64,000 bases of DNA from an uncultured Chloroflexia bacterium. GTDB lineage: Bacteria > Chloroflexota > Limnocylindria > Limnocylindrales > CSP1-4. Position numbers and translations under genes: made by a program. Each line of letters starts with the position of its first letter. Position 1 is the first letter of the stretch. The notes beneath the pieces were generated by a model. That model searched no databases. It saw only the letters and a program-made list of their open reading frames with translations, and had not been told where the DNA came from. Below are positions 1 to 10,296 of the stretch, one piece after another. The stretch spans positions 416,001-480,000 of the forward strand of contig CAVYIM010000004.1 in the NCBI GenBank assembly GCA_963768655.1, read 5' to 3'.

Positions 1-1
1 G

Positions 2-421
2 TCGGCCGCCTCGGCGCTGACCTCGGTGCTGGGCGACCTGATCGTGGTCGACGACGAAGACGAGCGCCTCACGCTCCGCTCTTCGGGTTCCTTCTCCGCC
101 GAAGTGGTGTCGGAGGAAGACGCGGAGTCGGGCCAGTGGCAGAAGCTCGACAGCCCCGACGAGATCGTCAAGTACTACGATCCCACGGACGTCTTTGGCG
201 ACCTGGCCGACGCTCTTGCGGAAGCCTTCCCCGACCTGGCCGAAGAGGCACCCGCCGAGGAAGGCGAAGAGGCCGAAGAGGGCGACGAAACCGAGGAGGG
301 CGAAGAGGCCGAAGAGGGCGACGAAGGCCCAGCTGCCGCGGATGCCGGCGCGAACAAGGATGGCGGCAAGAAGGCTGGCGGCAAGAAGGATGGCGGCAAG
401 GAGGACGGCGACCGCCAGTGA
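2..421 (+). CDS. Acidic hypothetical protein, 5' partial
   Basis: Frame is open from position 2. E/D-rich sequence with low-complexity tail. Stop overlaps the pyrK GTG (GTGA). Confidence 0.75.
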   Translation, partial: SAASALTSVLGDLIVVDDEDERLTLRSSGSFSAEVVSEEDAESGQWQKLDSPDEIVKYYDPTDVFGDLADALAEAFPDLAEEAPAEEGEEAEEGDETEEGEEAEEGDEGPAAADAGANKDGGKKAGGKKDGGKEDGDRQ

Positions 422-1281
422 CGATGCGCCTGGTTTCGGCCGAGCTCGTCGAGAGCCGGCAGATTCTGCCGGGCCAGTGGATCCAATCGTTTCACGCGCC
501 TGAGCTCGCCGCCGGATCGAGAGCGGGTCAGTTCGTCCACGTTCGAACCGGCGACTACTCGGGCCTGGTCCTGCGGCGGCCGTTTTCGATCAACACCGCA
601 GATCCGGCCACCGGGATCGTCACGTTGCATTTCCGGACCGTCGGCCGCGGCACCGAATGGCTGACGCGCGCCCGCGAAGGCGATCGGCTGGACATGCTCG
701 GGCCGCTCGGCCGCCCGTTCGAGGTCGATCCGCGCAGCCACCACCTGCTGCTCGTCGCCGGTGGCCTCGGGATGGCCGGCATCCGGATGCTCGCCGACGA
801 GGCGGTCCAGGACGGCCGCCAGGTCGTGGTCCTGTTCGGGGCGCAGAGCGCGGCGCACGTCTACCCCTCAAGCCTGCTGCCCGACGAAGTGGAGTACGTC
901 GTCGCCACGGATGACGGGTCGCTCGGCCACCACGGCTTCGTGACTGAGCTTGTCACCGAATATGAGGCCTGGGCCGATCAGGCCTTCGCCTGCGGCCCGC
1001 ATCCCATGCTCAAGCGGCTGGCGACGCTGGCGGCCGGCCGGCGCGACCGCCTCGGCGTCGCGAAGCTGGGTCGCAAGAGGGGCGGTGGCAGGGCGGATCC
1101 GCTCGGCTCTACGGCCGCGCGGCGCAAGACATTCCTGCAGGTGTCGATGGAGCAGACGATGGGCTGCGCCGTGGGCGCCTGCCTGGGCTGCGTGGTCCTG
1201 GGCGTGGATGGCCCGCTGCGCGTCTGTCGCGAGGGGCCGGTCTTCGCCGCCGATGAGATCGCCTGGGAGTCGATCGCGTGA
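418..1281 (+). CDS. pyrK: Dihydroorotate dehydrogenase electron transfer subunit
   Basis: RRPFS FAD motif, GPLG, VAGGLG, ACGP and MGCAVGACLGC...CREGPVF 2Fe-2S motif. Adjacent to pyrD. Confidence 0.92.
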   Translation: MTMRLVSAELVESRQILPGQWIQSFHAPELAAGSRAGQFVHVRTGDYSGLVLRRPFSINTADPATGIVTLHFRTVGRGTEWLTRAREGDRLDMLGPLGRPFEVDPRSHHLLLVAGGLGMAGIRMLADEAVQDGRQVVVLFGAQSAAHVYPSSLLPDEVEYVVATDDGSLGHHGFVTELVTEYEAWADQAFACGPHPMLKRLATLAAGRRDRLGVAKLGRKRGGGRADPLGSTAARRKTFLQVSMEQTMGCAVGACLGCVVLGVDGPLRVCREGPVFAADEIAWESIA

Positions 1282-2492
1282 AGGCCCGCCGGAGAGTCGT
1301 AACCGCCGCGGACGTGCGCCTGGCCAGGCCTACCGGGCAGACGAAACCTGCCAGACCGAAGCGCACCCCGACCGTTCGGACGATCAAGAGCGCCATCGTG
1401 CCGGTGGATCGACCGGCCCGCTCGGGGAGCGGCCGGCCCAGGGTCGAGACCGGCGGCGCGGCCGTCGCGGATCTCGGCGCGCCGTACGCCGCCAGGCCGA
1501 CGCTGGCGGAGCGCGAAGCGCTGGAGCGGATCGACCTCTCGGTCGAGCTGGCGCCCAAGCGAGGGCTTCGGCTGCCCAACCCGATCATGGTCGCCTCGGG
1601 CACGTTCGGCTACGGCGTCGAATACGGCGAAGTCGTGGACGTTCAGCGCCTCGGCGCCATCTGCTGCAAGGGCACGACGCTGCGGCCGCGGGCCGGCAAT
1701 CCTCCGCCGCGGGTCACCGAGACGCCGGGCGGGATGCTGAACTCGATCGGCCTGCAGAACCCGGGCGTCGACGCCGTCATCGAGAAGTACGGTCCCGTCT
1801 GGCAGGGCTGGAAGGTGCCGGTCATCGTCAACGTCGCCGGCGAATCGATCGAGGATTACGTCGAAGTGGCGCGCCGGCTCGACGGCGTGCCCGGCGTGGC
1901 CGGCATCGAGCTAAACATAAGCTGCCCCAACGTCGGCAGGGGCGGGCTGCAGTTCGCGATCGACCGCGACGCCGCGCGGGCCGTCACCGCCGCCGTCCGG
2001 CGAGCGACCGATCTGCCGCTCCTGGTCAAGCTCTCGCCCAATGTCGCGGATGTGCGGCCCATCGCCAGGGCGATCGAGGAAGCCGGCGCGGACGCGATTA
2101 CGGCCATCAACACGCTGTCGGGGCTGGCGGTCTCGGCCGATCGAACGCGCGCCTTCCTCGGGAACACCTACGGCGGCCTCTCCGGTCCGGCCATCAAGCC
2201 GGTGGCGCTGCGCATCGTCTACGAAATCGCCCAGGTGGTGTCGATCCCGATCGTAGGCATCGGCGGGGTGACCTCTCTCGCGGACGTGCTGGACTTCATG
2301 GCGTGCGGAGCGGTGGCGGTCCAGGTCGGCACGGCCATCTTCGCCGACCCGGAACTGCCGGTCCGGCTCGGCGACGAGCTGCGGGCGGAGTGCCTGCGGC
2401 GCGGGCTCCCGTCGTGCGCTCCGCTTGTCGGCACGGCCCTGCCCAATCGAGCCGGGGCGCCGTCCGCCAGGGGCGCCGAGTACAGACCTTGA
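1278..2492 (+). CDS. pyrD: Dihydroorotate dehydrogenase catalytic subunit (family 1B) with basic N-terminal extension
   Basis: NPIMVASGTFGYG, NSIGLQNPG, ELNISCPNV, KLSPNV, GGLSGPAIKP. GTGA overlap with pyrK. Confidence 0.95.
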   Translation: MKARRRVVTAADVRLARPTGQTKPARPKRTPTVRTIKSAIVPVDRPARSGSGRPRVETGGAAVADLGAPYAARPTLAEREALERIDLSVELAPKRGLRLPNPIMVASGTFGYGVEYGEVVDVQRLGAICCKGTTLRPRAGNPPPRVTETPGGMLNSIGLQNPGVDAVIEKYGPVWQGWKVPVIVNVAGESIEDYVEVARRLDGVPGVAGIELNISCPNVGRGGLQFAIDRDAARAVTAAVRRATDLPLLVKLSPNVADVRPIARAIEEAGADAITAINTLSGLAVSADRTRAFLGNTYGGLSGPAIKPVALRIVYEIAQVVSIPIVGIGGVTSLADVLDFMACGAVAVQVGTAIFADPELPVRLGDELRAECLRRGLPSCAPLVGTALPNRAGAPSARGAEYRP

Positions 2493-2502
2493 GGAGGCTC
2501 CG

Positions 2503-3190
2503 ATGACCACGATTCGACCGGCGGCCGAGCTTGCGGCGGCGAAAGCCATCGCGGCGCGGACGGAGGAGATCTTCCGGCGGTCCGGGGCACTCAAGGAAGG
2601 CCACTTCCTGCTCAAGAGCGGCAAGCACTCCGAGCGATACCTGGAGAAGTTCCTCGTGCTCCAGGATCCCGCCGCCACGAGCGAGCTGTGCGGCTTCTGG
2701 GCGGCGCGGCATCGAAACGCGGACGGGGCGCCGGTCGTGGATCTCGTCGCCGGCCCCACGACGGGCGGAGTCGTCCTCGCCTTCGAGACGGGGCGGCAGC
2801 TCGGGGTCCGGGCGATCTTCGCCGAAGAGGTGAAGGGTGCCGACGGGGCCGACGCGGCGCGAGTTCCGGCGCGGCTTCACCATCTCCCCGGGCGAGCGGG
2901 TGCTGCTCGTGGACGACATCCTGACGACGGGCGGCTCGTTGCTGGCGATGATCCCCGCGGTCGAGGCCATGGGCGGCGAGATCGTCACGTGCGCCGTCCT
3001 GGCGGACCGCTCCGGCGGGCTGGCGGCGCTCAGCTCCCCGCTGACGGGGCGGAGCTACCCGCTCCGCGCCCTGTGGCAGCTCTCGCTTCCAACCTACGAT
3101 CCGGGCCCCGAGACCTGCCCGGCCTGCCAGGCCGGAGTGGCGCTGTACGCGCCGGGCAGCACGGGGACGGCGGGCGACGCCACGAGCTAG
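2503..3190 (+). CDS. pyrE: Orotate phosphoribosyltransferase, +1 frameshift at GGGG 2845-2848 (probable sequencing error)
   Basis: GHFLLKSGKHSERY in one frame and PRPP motif VLLVDDILTTGGS in the next. GGAGG SD before ATG 2503. Confidence 0.9.
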
Positions 3191-3561
3191 CCGAGCGGCG
3201 GCGGCGGGACGAGCGGCGGCGCGGCGCGCGGGCCGGAGGTGCGCGGCCGGCTCGAAGGTGGCTATTCTGGACGCGGCCGCTCACCCGTCCACGGAGGACG
3301 TGGGGGCGAACCAGCGGCGTAAGCGGAGGTCGATGGGATCGATGAGCAGAGTCGGTGGACCTGGTTGCCGCGATTGCCGAGCTCGCTCTGTGGGTGACCG
3401 CAGCCGCCTTGATCGCGAGCGCCGCCGGAATGCGCCTGCCGGGCGGGCTGCTGGCCTCCTCGACACCGACGCCGTCATCTCGGCCGCGCCGAGTGGTAGC
3501 CCCGGGGCCGGTGTGACGCCTGCTGCGACGCCGTCTGCGACGCCTGGCACGTAGCCCGACT

Positions 3562-4464
3562 CTAGGCCGAAGGAGAGGCGCTCCCCGAAACTCCCGCGGA
3601 CGCGGACGCGGACGGCGCCGGTGAGGCGAGCGCGGCGTCGATGGCGGCCTTGATCAGGTCGTAGGTGGGCCAGGAGTCGGCGTCCGCACCGGCCACGAAC
3701 TTGCCGTTCACGAAGATGGCCGGCGTCCCTGTCACCAGTGCCGGCGCGGCCGCATCCTCAGCGGCGATGTCGCCGTCGTGAGTGCCCTGGTCCAGGCACG
3801 GCTGGAACGTGGCCATGTCGAGGCCGGCCGCCCGGCCGATCGCGGAGAGTCGCGCCAGGGTGAACGCGGACGCGTCCTCGGTCGGCGACTGGTTGGCGTA
3901 GAGCCAGTCGTGCATGACCCAGAACTTGCCCTGGTCGGCGGCGCACCAGCCGGCGTTCGCGGCATCGCGGGATGCCGTACCGCCACTCATCTTGTCGATC
4001 GAGAGGTAGTCGTGCCAGACGAGCCTGGCCTCACCCGGGGCGACGTAGTTGTCGACGAGGCTCTGCTCGGTTCCCTCAGTGGTGAAGACGAAGCAGGCGG
4101 AGCAGCGGAAGTCGCCGTAGACGTCGATCGTGACGGGCGCGTTCGGACTGCCCAGAATTCGACCGCTCGACGGGATATTCGCCGGCGTGATCGCGGTGGG
4201 GCGTATCGGCGAGCCAGTGGGGGTTCCGCTGTTGTTCTGCGTCATAGCGAACGCGGCGCCCACCAGGAACAGGGCGACGACGCCGAAGCCCGCGCTCCAG
4301 CCCAGCAGCGAGCTGGAACTGCTCGCGTTGGATCCGCGAGCTCCGGACCGGGCCGGGGCCCGACCGACCTCCTTGTTCGTCGGGCTCTCCTGCCTGGGCG
4401 ACCGAGCTACGGGCGGCACGTTGCCGCCGGCAGAAGGGCGCCTGGGCGCGCGCTTGCGTTTCAC
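3562..4464 (-). CDS. Membrane-anchored DsbA-family thiol-disulfide oxidoreductase
   Basis: TM segment, then LGSPNAPVTIDVYGDFRCSAC (CxxC), QGKFW and cis-Pro loop GTPAIFVNG. GTG overlaps the upstream stop. Confidence 0.88.
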   Translation of the reverse strand: MKRKRAPRRPSAGGNVPPVARSPRQESPTNKEVGRAPARSGARGSNASSSSSLLGWSAGFGVVALFLVGAAFAMTQNNSGTPTGSPIRPTAITPANIPSSGRILGSPNAPVTIDVYGDFRCSACFVFTTEGTEQSLVDNYVAPGEARLVWHDYLSIDKMSGGTASRDAANAGWCAADQGKFWVMHDWLYANQSPTEDASAFTLARLSAIGRAAGLDMATFQPCLDQGTHDGDIAAEDAAAPALVTGTPAIFVNGKFVAGADADSWPTYDLIKAAIDAALASPAPSASASAGVSGSASPSA

Positions 4465-5036
4465 CGCGTCTTCCCTCGTGAGCCGCCGTCGACGTCCTGC
4501 GGCACGGGCCGGCCGGATGGACCCGTCAGCGGGCAATCGAGCTCCAGCTCGTCCCGGATGGGGATTCCGTGGGCGCCGATGAGCGGGATCTCGGGCTTGA
4601 GCAGCTTGCGGGCCTGGGTCACCGCTTCGGGCCACAGACGCACCAGACGAAGGTCGCGGCGCTGGTAGAAGCGCAGCGCATCGACGTTGTCGTTGGTGGT
4701 CACGAGCCACAGGCGGCGAGTGCCCGCCTTCCTGGCCAGTTCCTTGACTGCGTCGAGGAGCGCCGTCCCCGTTCCGTGGCCCCGTTCGAACGCCTCGAGG
4801 AGGACGAGCTCGCAGGCACCCGCGGCGAAGCGGAATACGGCCGCGCCCAGCCAGCGCTCGCCGTCGACGGCCAGCAGGCATGGCAGCTCCGAGACGCGAT
4901 GAAGAGAGAGGCGGCTGGCCACGTAGGGCGAGCCCCAGTTCTTCACGACGACGCGGTCGAGCTCGCCGCGCTCCTCGATTCGGATCGGGCGGATCGTTCG
5001 GGCGATCGCCGTGGCTTCAGGTGCCGAGTCGGGCAT
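4461..5036 (-). CDS. GNAT family N-acetyltransferase
   Basis: RGHGTGTALL motif A and LVTTNDNVDALRFYQRR. Confidence 0.88.
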   Translation of the reverse strand: MPDSAPEATAIARTIRPIRIEERGELDRVVVKNWGSPYVASRLSLHRVSELPCLLAVDGERWLGAAVFRFAAGACELVLLEAFERGHGTGTALLDAVKELARKAGTRRLWLVTTNDNVDALRFYQRRDLRLVRLWPEAVTQARKLLKPEIPLIGAHGIPIRDELELDCPLTGPSGRPVPQDVDGGSRGKTR

Positions 5037-5056
5037 GGCTGATGGAGCCGCCGCGC

Positions 5057-6736
5057 TCAGTCGAGCCTGACGTGCTCGTGCCAGTGCGGCGCACTGGCAG
5101 GCAGGCCCAGAGCCGCGATCTTGGGCTGGATAGCCTGCTGCGCGTCGGGGTCGCCGTGGACGATGAAGACCTGCCGCGGCACGCCCGGGTCGCCGGCCTT
5201 GCGACCTTCGATGAAGTGGCCGAGCCAGGTCAGGATCTGCGGCTCGTCGGCGTGGGCCGAGAACCCGGTGATGGAGCGCACGGCGCAGCGGACCTGGTAC
5301 TCCTGACCGTCGAGGCGGGCCGTCTTGACGCCGGCCTGCAGGCGCGCCCCGAGCGTGCCCTCGCCCTGGTACCCGACGAACAGGATCATCGCCTTCGTGT
5401 CGCCGATGAGGGTTCGCAGGTGGCCCAGGACGCGGCCGCCGGTGAGCATGCCGTTCGAGGCGACCAGGACATACGGCCGGCGCGAGCGATCGATCTTCTC
5501 GGAGTCGGCCGCCAGCGGCGTCTCCTGTTCGTTCGGGAAGTTGATCGGGCCTTCGCCCTTCGCCAGCAGCGCCAGCGTCTCGGCGTCGTAGTAGTCGCGG
5601 TGCTCGCGATAGATCGTCGTTGCCTTCGACGCCATCGGCGAGTCGAGGTAGAGCTTGACCTTCGGGATCCGGCCGGCGTCGAGGAGGTGCTGGAGCGCCC
5701 ACACGACCTCCTGCGTTCGACCGATCGCGAATGACGGGATCAAGAGCACGCCATTCTGAGCGACGATGTCGTTGACGGCCTGCGCCAGCTGATCGAGAGA
5801 CTCCTCCTCTGGCTCGTGGGTGCGGCCGCCGTAGGTCGACTCGACGAACACGTAGTCGGCGGCCTTGATGACGGCCGGGTCGCGCAGGATCGGGGCATCG
5901 GTGCGGCCGAGGTCGCCCGAGAAGACGAGGGTCCGGGCCGGTGTGCTTCCCTGAGCCTCGACGCGCAACTCCACGATCGAGGAGCCGAGGATGTGGCCCG
6001 CGTCGTGGAAGACGGCGGTGATCCCGGGCGCGACGGCGACCGTCGCCTCGTAGGCGACGGCCTTGAACCGCGCCAGCGAGCTCTGGGCCTGCGCCGCGTC
6101 GTAGAGCGGCTCCTCGACGACGAGGTTCGGCTGCGCCGGATTGCCGGCCATGGAGGCCGCGTAGTTGTCGTGGCCGACGGGCGGATAGCCCATGCGCGTG
6201 CCCAAGGCTTGCTCGTCGTGGAGCGCCAGTTCGTCGACCCCCGAGGCCACGACGTGGCCGTCCGGCGTCAGGTCGCCTGGCTTCCTAGTCGGGATCGCGG
6301 TGGCCTGGTCTTCCTGCTCGGCGATCTGTTCCTGCGCCGCGATGTCGGCCAGCTCCTTCTGGTCCTCCTGGGCGGCCTTGTCCGGGTGCTTCGCCGCCCA
6401 GTGGCGTTGCCGCTTGGCGTATTCCTCCTGGAGCTTGCCCGAGTCGAGCAGCACCAGAGCGGCCAGCTCGATCGTGCCCCTGGTAGCGTAGATGGGCCCG
6501 TTGAAGCCCTCGGCCACAACCCGCGGAATCAGCCCGCAATGGTCCAGGTGGGCGTGGGTCAGGACGATCGCATCGAGGCCGGCGGGGTCGTAGGCCGGCG
6601 GGACGCGGTTGCGGACGACCTCGTGCGGGCCGCCCTGGAACATGCCGCAGTCGATCAGCACATGGGCTCGATCGGTGATGAGGAGGAATTGGGATCCGGT
6701 GACGGTGTTGGCAGCGCCGAGGAAGCGGATTTCCAT
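5057..6736 (-). CDS. MBL-fold/beta-CASP ribonuclease (Ysh1/TTHA0252-like)
   Basis: THAHLDH, DAGHILG, SGDLG, ESTYG and FSAHAD motifs. Confidence 0.92.
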   Translation of the reverse strand: MEIRFLGAANTVTGSQFLLITDRAHVLIDCGMFQGGPHEVVRNRVPPAYDPAGLDAIVLTHAHLDHCGLIPRVVAEGFNGPIYATRGTIELAALVLLDSGKLQEEYAKRQRHWAAKHPDKAAQEDQKELADIAAQEQIAEQEDQATAIPTRKPGDLTPDGHVVASGVDELALHDEQALGTRMGYPPVGHDNYAASMAGNPAQPNLVVEEPLYDAAQAQSSLARFKAVAYEATVAVAPGITAVFHDAGHILGSSIVELRVEAQGSTPARTLVFSGDLGRTDAPILRDPAVIKAADYVFVESTYGGRTHEPEEESLDQLAQAVNDIVAQNGVLLIPSFAIGRTQEVVWALQHLLDAGRIPKVKLYLDSPMASKATTIYREHRDYYDAETLALLAKGEGPINFPNEQETPLAADSEKIDRSRRPYVLVASNGMLTGGRVLGHLRTLIGDTKAMILFVGYQGEGTLGARLQAGVKTARLDGQEYQVRCAVRSITGFSAHADEPQILTWLGHFIEGRKAGDPGVPRQVFIVHGDPDAQQAIQPKIAALGLPASAPHWHEHVRLD

Positions 6737-6831
6737 ACCGCGCATACTGCCATCCCGCGGCCTCCGGCGTGCGCGGGTCGCGCAGATGTGCCGGATCGGC
6801 CGGGCCGGCGACGCCGGTTTCGGCCACCGGA

Positions 6832-6871
6832 TCGGTCCGCGCCAGTTCGGTCCGCGCCAGTTCGGTCCGCG
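6832..6871. repeat. 15-bp tandem repeat (TCGGTCCGCGCCAGT, about 2.7 copies)
   Basis: Read directly from the sequence. Confidence 0.85.
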
Positions 6872-7198
6872 GGCAGCCCCGATCTCGGTCGCCGTACGCC
6901 TGGTGGACGTGTTTGACGTTTGTCGGGCCTGGTTTCGGTCATCTACGTCTCGTGGGCGTGCTGGCCGCAGACCGGGCCCGTTTCGTCGGTTCCACACGTG
7001 CCCTGACCGGTCGTGAGCTCGGCACTGAGCGTGGGTATCGGCCTAAGTCTGGTCGAGTCAGCTCGGGACAGGGCGCCGGTCACGCCGGCCACGCCTGGCA
7101 GGCGCGTCTGATCGAAACAATGGCGTGGAGCGCTCGCACGTGGCCGGATGTCGCTGAGCCGGGCCAGTGTGTCACTATTCGGGCCAGGGAGGCGAACG

Positions 7199-7624
7199 TT
7201 GAGCAGGGCCAGGCTGGTAAACGCCGCCGCTGTCTTCGTGACCCCGGACATCCGCAAGACCGCCGCGTACTACCGCGACGTCTTCGGCTTCACGGTCGTC
7301 GAGCACTACGATGCCGAGGAGGCCTTTGCCACGATCTACCGCGACGACGTCGAGGTGGTCCTGGTGCAGGCCAGGCACGGCGACGTCCAGTCCAACACCG
7401 CCCGTTACGGCGCCGGCTTCGACCTCTACCTGGACCCGGATACCGTCGATGGCGTCGATTCGATGCACGAAGAGTTGAAGGCGCAGGGCGCCCGGATCGT
7501 CCGCGAGCCGGCGATGACGGCCTACGGCTCGTACGAGTTCGTCGTCGAGGACGTGGACGGCAGGCTGATCGGGATCGGCCGGGTCCGGGACCGCGAAACG
7601 TTCTTCCGTGGCGCCTTCGGGTGA
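7199..7624 (+). CDS. VOC/glyoxalase/bleomycin-resistance family protein
   Basis: DIRKTAAYYRDVFGF...YGSYEFVVEDVDGRLI. GGGAGG SD before TTG 7199. Confidence 0.88.
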   Translation: MSRARLVNAAAVFVTPDIRKTAAYYRDVFGFTVVEHYDAEEAFATIYRDDVEVVLVQARHGDVQSNTARYGAGFDLYLDPDTVDGVDSMHEELKAQGARIVREPAMTAYGSYEFVVEDVDGRLIGIGRVRDRETFFRGAFG

Positions 7625-7694
7625 ACTGATGACGCGCCGCCCGCCGGCCGAATCCTCGCCCGAGCGTTTGGGGCGGCTCTTGCGTCTGTAGGGT

Positions 7695-8264
7695 GTGATG
7701 GCCGATCGATCGCTTCCGCGCGCCGCGACCGGAACGCGCGCGATCCCCGAGGCCGGCCGCCAGCGGACGGTGCATCTGCTGTTTCAGCGCCGCTCGCAGG
7801 AGATGTTCGGCTTCGTCAGGCGCCTCGGCCTCGCTGACGAGGAAGCGTCCGACGCCGTCCAGGAGACGATGCTGCGCCTGTGGCGCGAGCTCGACTCCGG
7901 GGCGGAGATCGCGGATCCGGACGCCTGGGCCTTTCGGACGCTGTACCGCGTGAGCATCGACAGCCACCGACTGCGACGGCGGGTCGCAGGCCTGGTCGAG
8001 CGTATTGGGGGCCGGCTTGCCGCCGACGACCGGGGCCGGCGCGACGGCGACCCGGCGGCCGCGATCGATGTGGACGCGATCTGGCAGGCGGTCGATAGGC
8101 TGCCGGAGCGCCAGCGGGCCGTCCTGTATCTCCGCTACCGGGCCGACCTGCCGTACGAGCGGATCGGAGCGGCCCTTGGAATAACTCCCAGCGCGGCACG
8201 GGGCCACGCGTCCACCGGGCTCGGGACTCTGCGGCGGCGCCTTCACCTCGAGGACGAACGATGA
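7695..8264 (+). CDS. ECF sigma-70 factor
   Basis: Region 2 EASDAVQETMLRLW; region 4 LPERQRAVLYLRY...IGAALGI. Confidence 0.9.
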   Translation: MMADRSLPRAATGTRAIPEAGRQRTVHLLFQRRSQEMFGFVRRLGLADEEASDAVQETMLRLWRELDSGAEIADPDAWAFRTLYRVSIDSHRLRRRVAGLVERIGGRLAADDRGRRDGDPAAAIDVDAIWQAVDRLPERQRAVLYLRYRADLPYERIGAALGITPSAARGHASTGLGTLRRRLHLEDER

Positions 8265-9989
8265 CTCATGACGAGCGGATCGAGGACGCGCTGCGGCGAC
8301 AGCCGGCCGACGAACGGGAATACGTGGAGCCGCTGGCGATGCCCGCGTTCTCCGTGACGCAGCGGGTTGGCCCGGTCACGAGGTCGCGTGCCCGGACCGG
8401 CGGGTTGAGGCCCCTCGTGGCGTTGCTGGTCGTGGTCGTCGTCGCCGGCGCGTCGCTGACGTTCGGCTTGTACGGGCCACTCCATCTCGCTCGGCCCGGC
8501 CCGGCCGGCACGCCCGCGGTCCAGGGCACGGACCAGGGGCAGAATCCTCTCTCTCGAGCAGACCGCCGAGGCCAGCGTAGGGCCGTCGGGGCAAATTCGG
8601 TCCGGTGGGCTCTGGGCCATGAAGGGCTCGGCGCTGCTTGTTTCGACCGACGATGGGCAGACCTGGCGCGCCCACTCGATTCCCCGGGCAAACATGAACA
8701 CGCTCGTCGGAGACGCACTGTTCATGCTCGACGCCGATCATGCCTGGTCGATCACCGACGCTCACACGATCTATCGGACGAGCGACGGCGGAGCCAGCTG
8801 GGCCGCCGCCACTCTGCCCGACGACTGCGGTATCCAGTTCGGTCTGAGCTTCGTAGACCCGTACGTCGGGTACGTGATCTGCCTCGACGACTATGCGCGG
8901 GCCACGGTCATGCGCACCGGCGATGGCGGGGCTACCTGGACGTTGATCACGGCGAACGCGACCACCGACTCGGGTCCGATCGGCTCGGTCATGGAGGCAA
9001 CTGACGAGCAGACTCTGTGGGCCGCCTCGAACGACTTCGACAACGGCACGCAGGCTCTCCTCGCCGTGAGCCGCGACGGCGGCGCCACGTGGACCGATGC
9101 GAAGCTGCCTGGCGTGCCGGCCGCCAACGTTCGGGCTGAGGACGACGGCAAGCCCGGCTGGTCGGCGAGTCTGCCCACGTTCGTCACGCCGGAGGAGGGC
9201 CTCGTCGGAGTAGGGGATCGGTCGGTCGGATCGTCCGGGGGGCAGTTCTTCGCCACCGGCGACGGCGGGCGGACCTGGAAGGAGGATCCTGAGGCGTCCG
9301 GCCAGGATCGCTCCCCGGCAGCGGTTCTGACGATGAGTTCCTGGGTGTCATACGACGATTCCCCGCCGCGGATCCTGCACACCTCGGATGGCGGCGCGGA
9401 CTGGACCGCCGTCGCCGCTGGCGGGTTGCCGGATCCGGCGTACTTCTACGGCTTCGCATTCAGCGATGAACTGCACGGAATGGCGGAAGTCATCTCGTCT
9501 GCCGCCGACAGCGGCGGACTCGTCCTGCTGGTGACCTCCGACGGCGGCGCGACCTGGACGGCGCCGGACCTGACAGCCGCAGCCGCCGGGCTGGTGCCGG
9601 TGTCCGGCGATGAAGAAGCAGCCGTTCGGGCGACGGTCGAGTCCTACGAACAGGCGAGCCTGGCCGGGAATGTGGCGGCCGAGAACGCCGTGCTCTCGCC
9701 GCTGTCCCAGATCGTGCCCGTAGACGCGCCCGACGCCACGCCGGCGCCGGTGCCAGCGGGGTTCGAGATCGCGAGCGTGGCTCGCACCGGCCTGGACCTC
9801 GATCCCGCCGCCGGCTACGAGAACGTCGACGTCCTGGAGGAAGCCGACTACTCGCGTGCCTTCGCCGTCGCGGTTCGAGTGACGTTCTTAGGCGGCTCGA
9901 CGACCGACGAGAAGCTCCTGGTCGCGCCGCTGCTTGGAGCCGGGTGGAGGATCTGGACGCCCTCAGACCTGACCGTTTCGTCGAAGTAG
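8261..9989 (+). CDS. Single-pass membrane protein with extracytoplasmic Asp-box (BNR) beta-propeller, putative anti-sigma; +1 frameshift between 8460 and about 8600
   Basis: ATGA overlap with the sigma gene. Short cytoplasmic N-terminus and TM in one frame; seven Asp-box (DGGxxW-like) repeats in the next frame. Confidence 0.75.
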
Positions 9990-10296
9990 GCAGCGGTCCG
10001 GGCGGATTCTGCCGCGTGGCCGGCGGGGTGAGCGCGACGCCTCGCTGTTTCCGGCACCTACGCCTGCTGGGCGTGTTGGGCGCGAACAAGCGCCTGATCG
10101 GCGCCTCGGAGGTCCTTGGCGGGGCTGGCAGCTCTCGCCATTGAGCGTGGGCGTTGGGCTGAACGTGGTCGTAGCCGTCCAGGATCACGCACGAGGCGCG
10201 TCCAACACACCTGGTACGCGTATCCGGCGGAATCCGCGCGGCGAAGGACGCGCTGCGGCCGGTCGCGGCCCGCCGGGCTGCCCGGCCGCGAAGGCG

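Noticed and set aside
2845-2848. Programmed frameshift in pyrE
   Set aside because: No slippery heptamer; a G4 homopolymer error is simpler given the three other +1 indels.
3258-3554. 98-aa ORF between pyrE and dsbA
   Set aside because: No recognisable motifs; cannot be distinguished from a chance ORF or a remnant.
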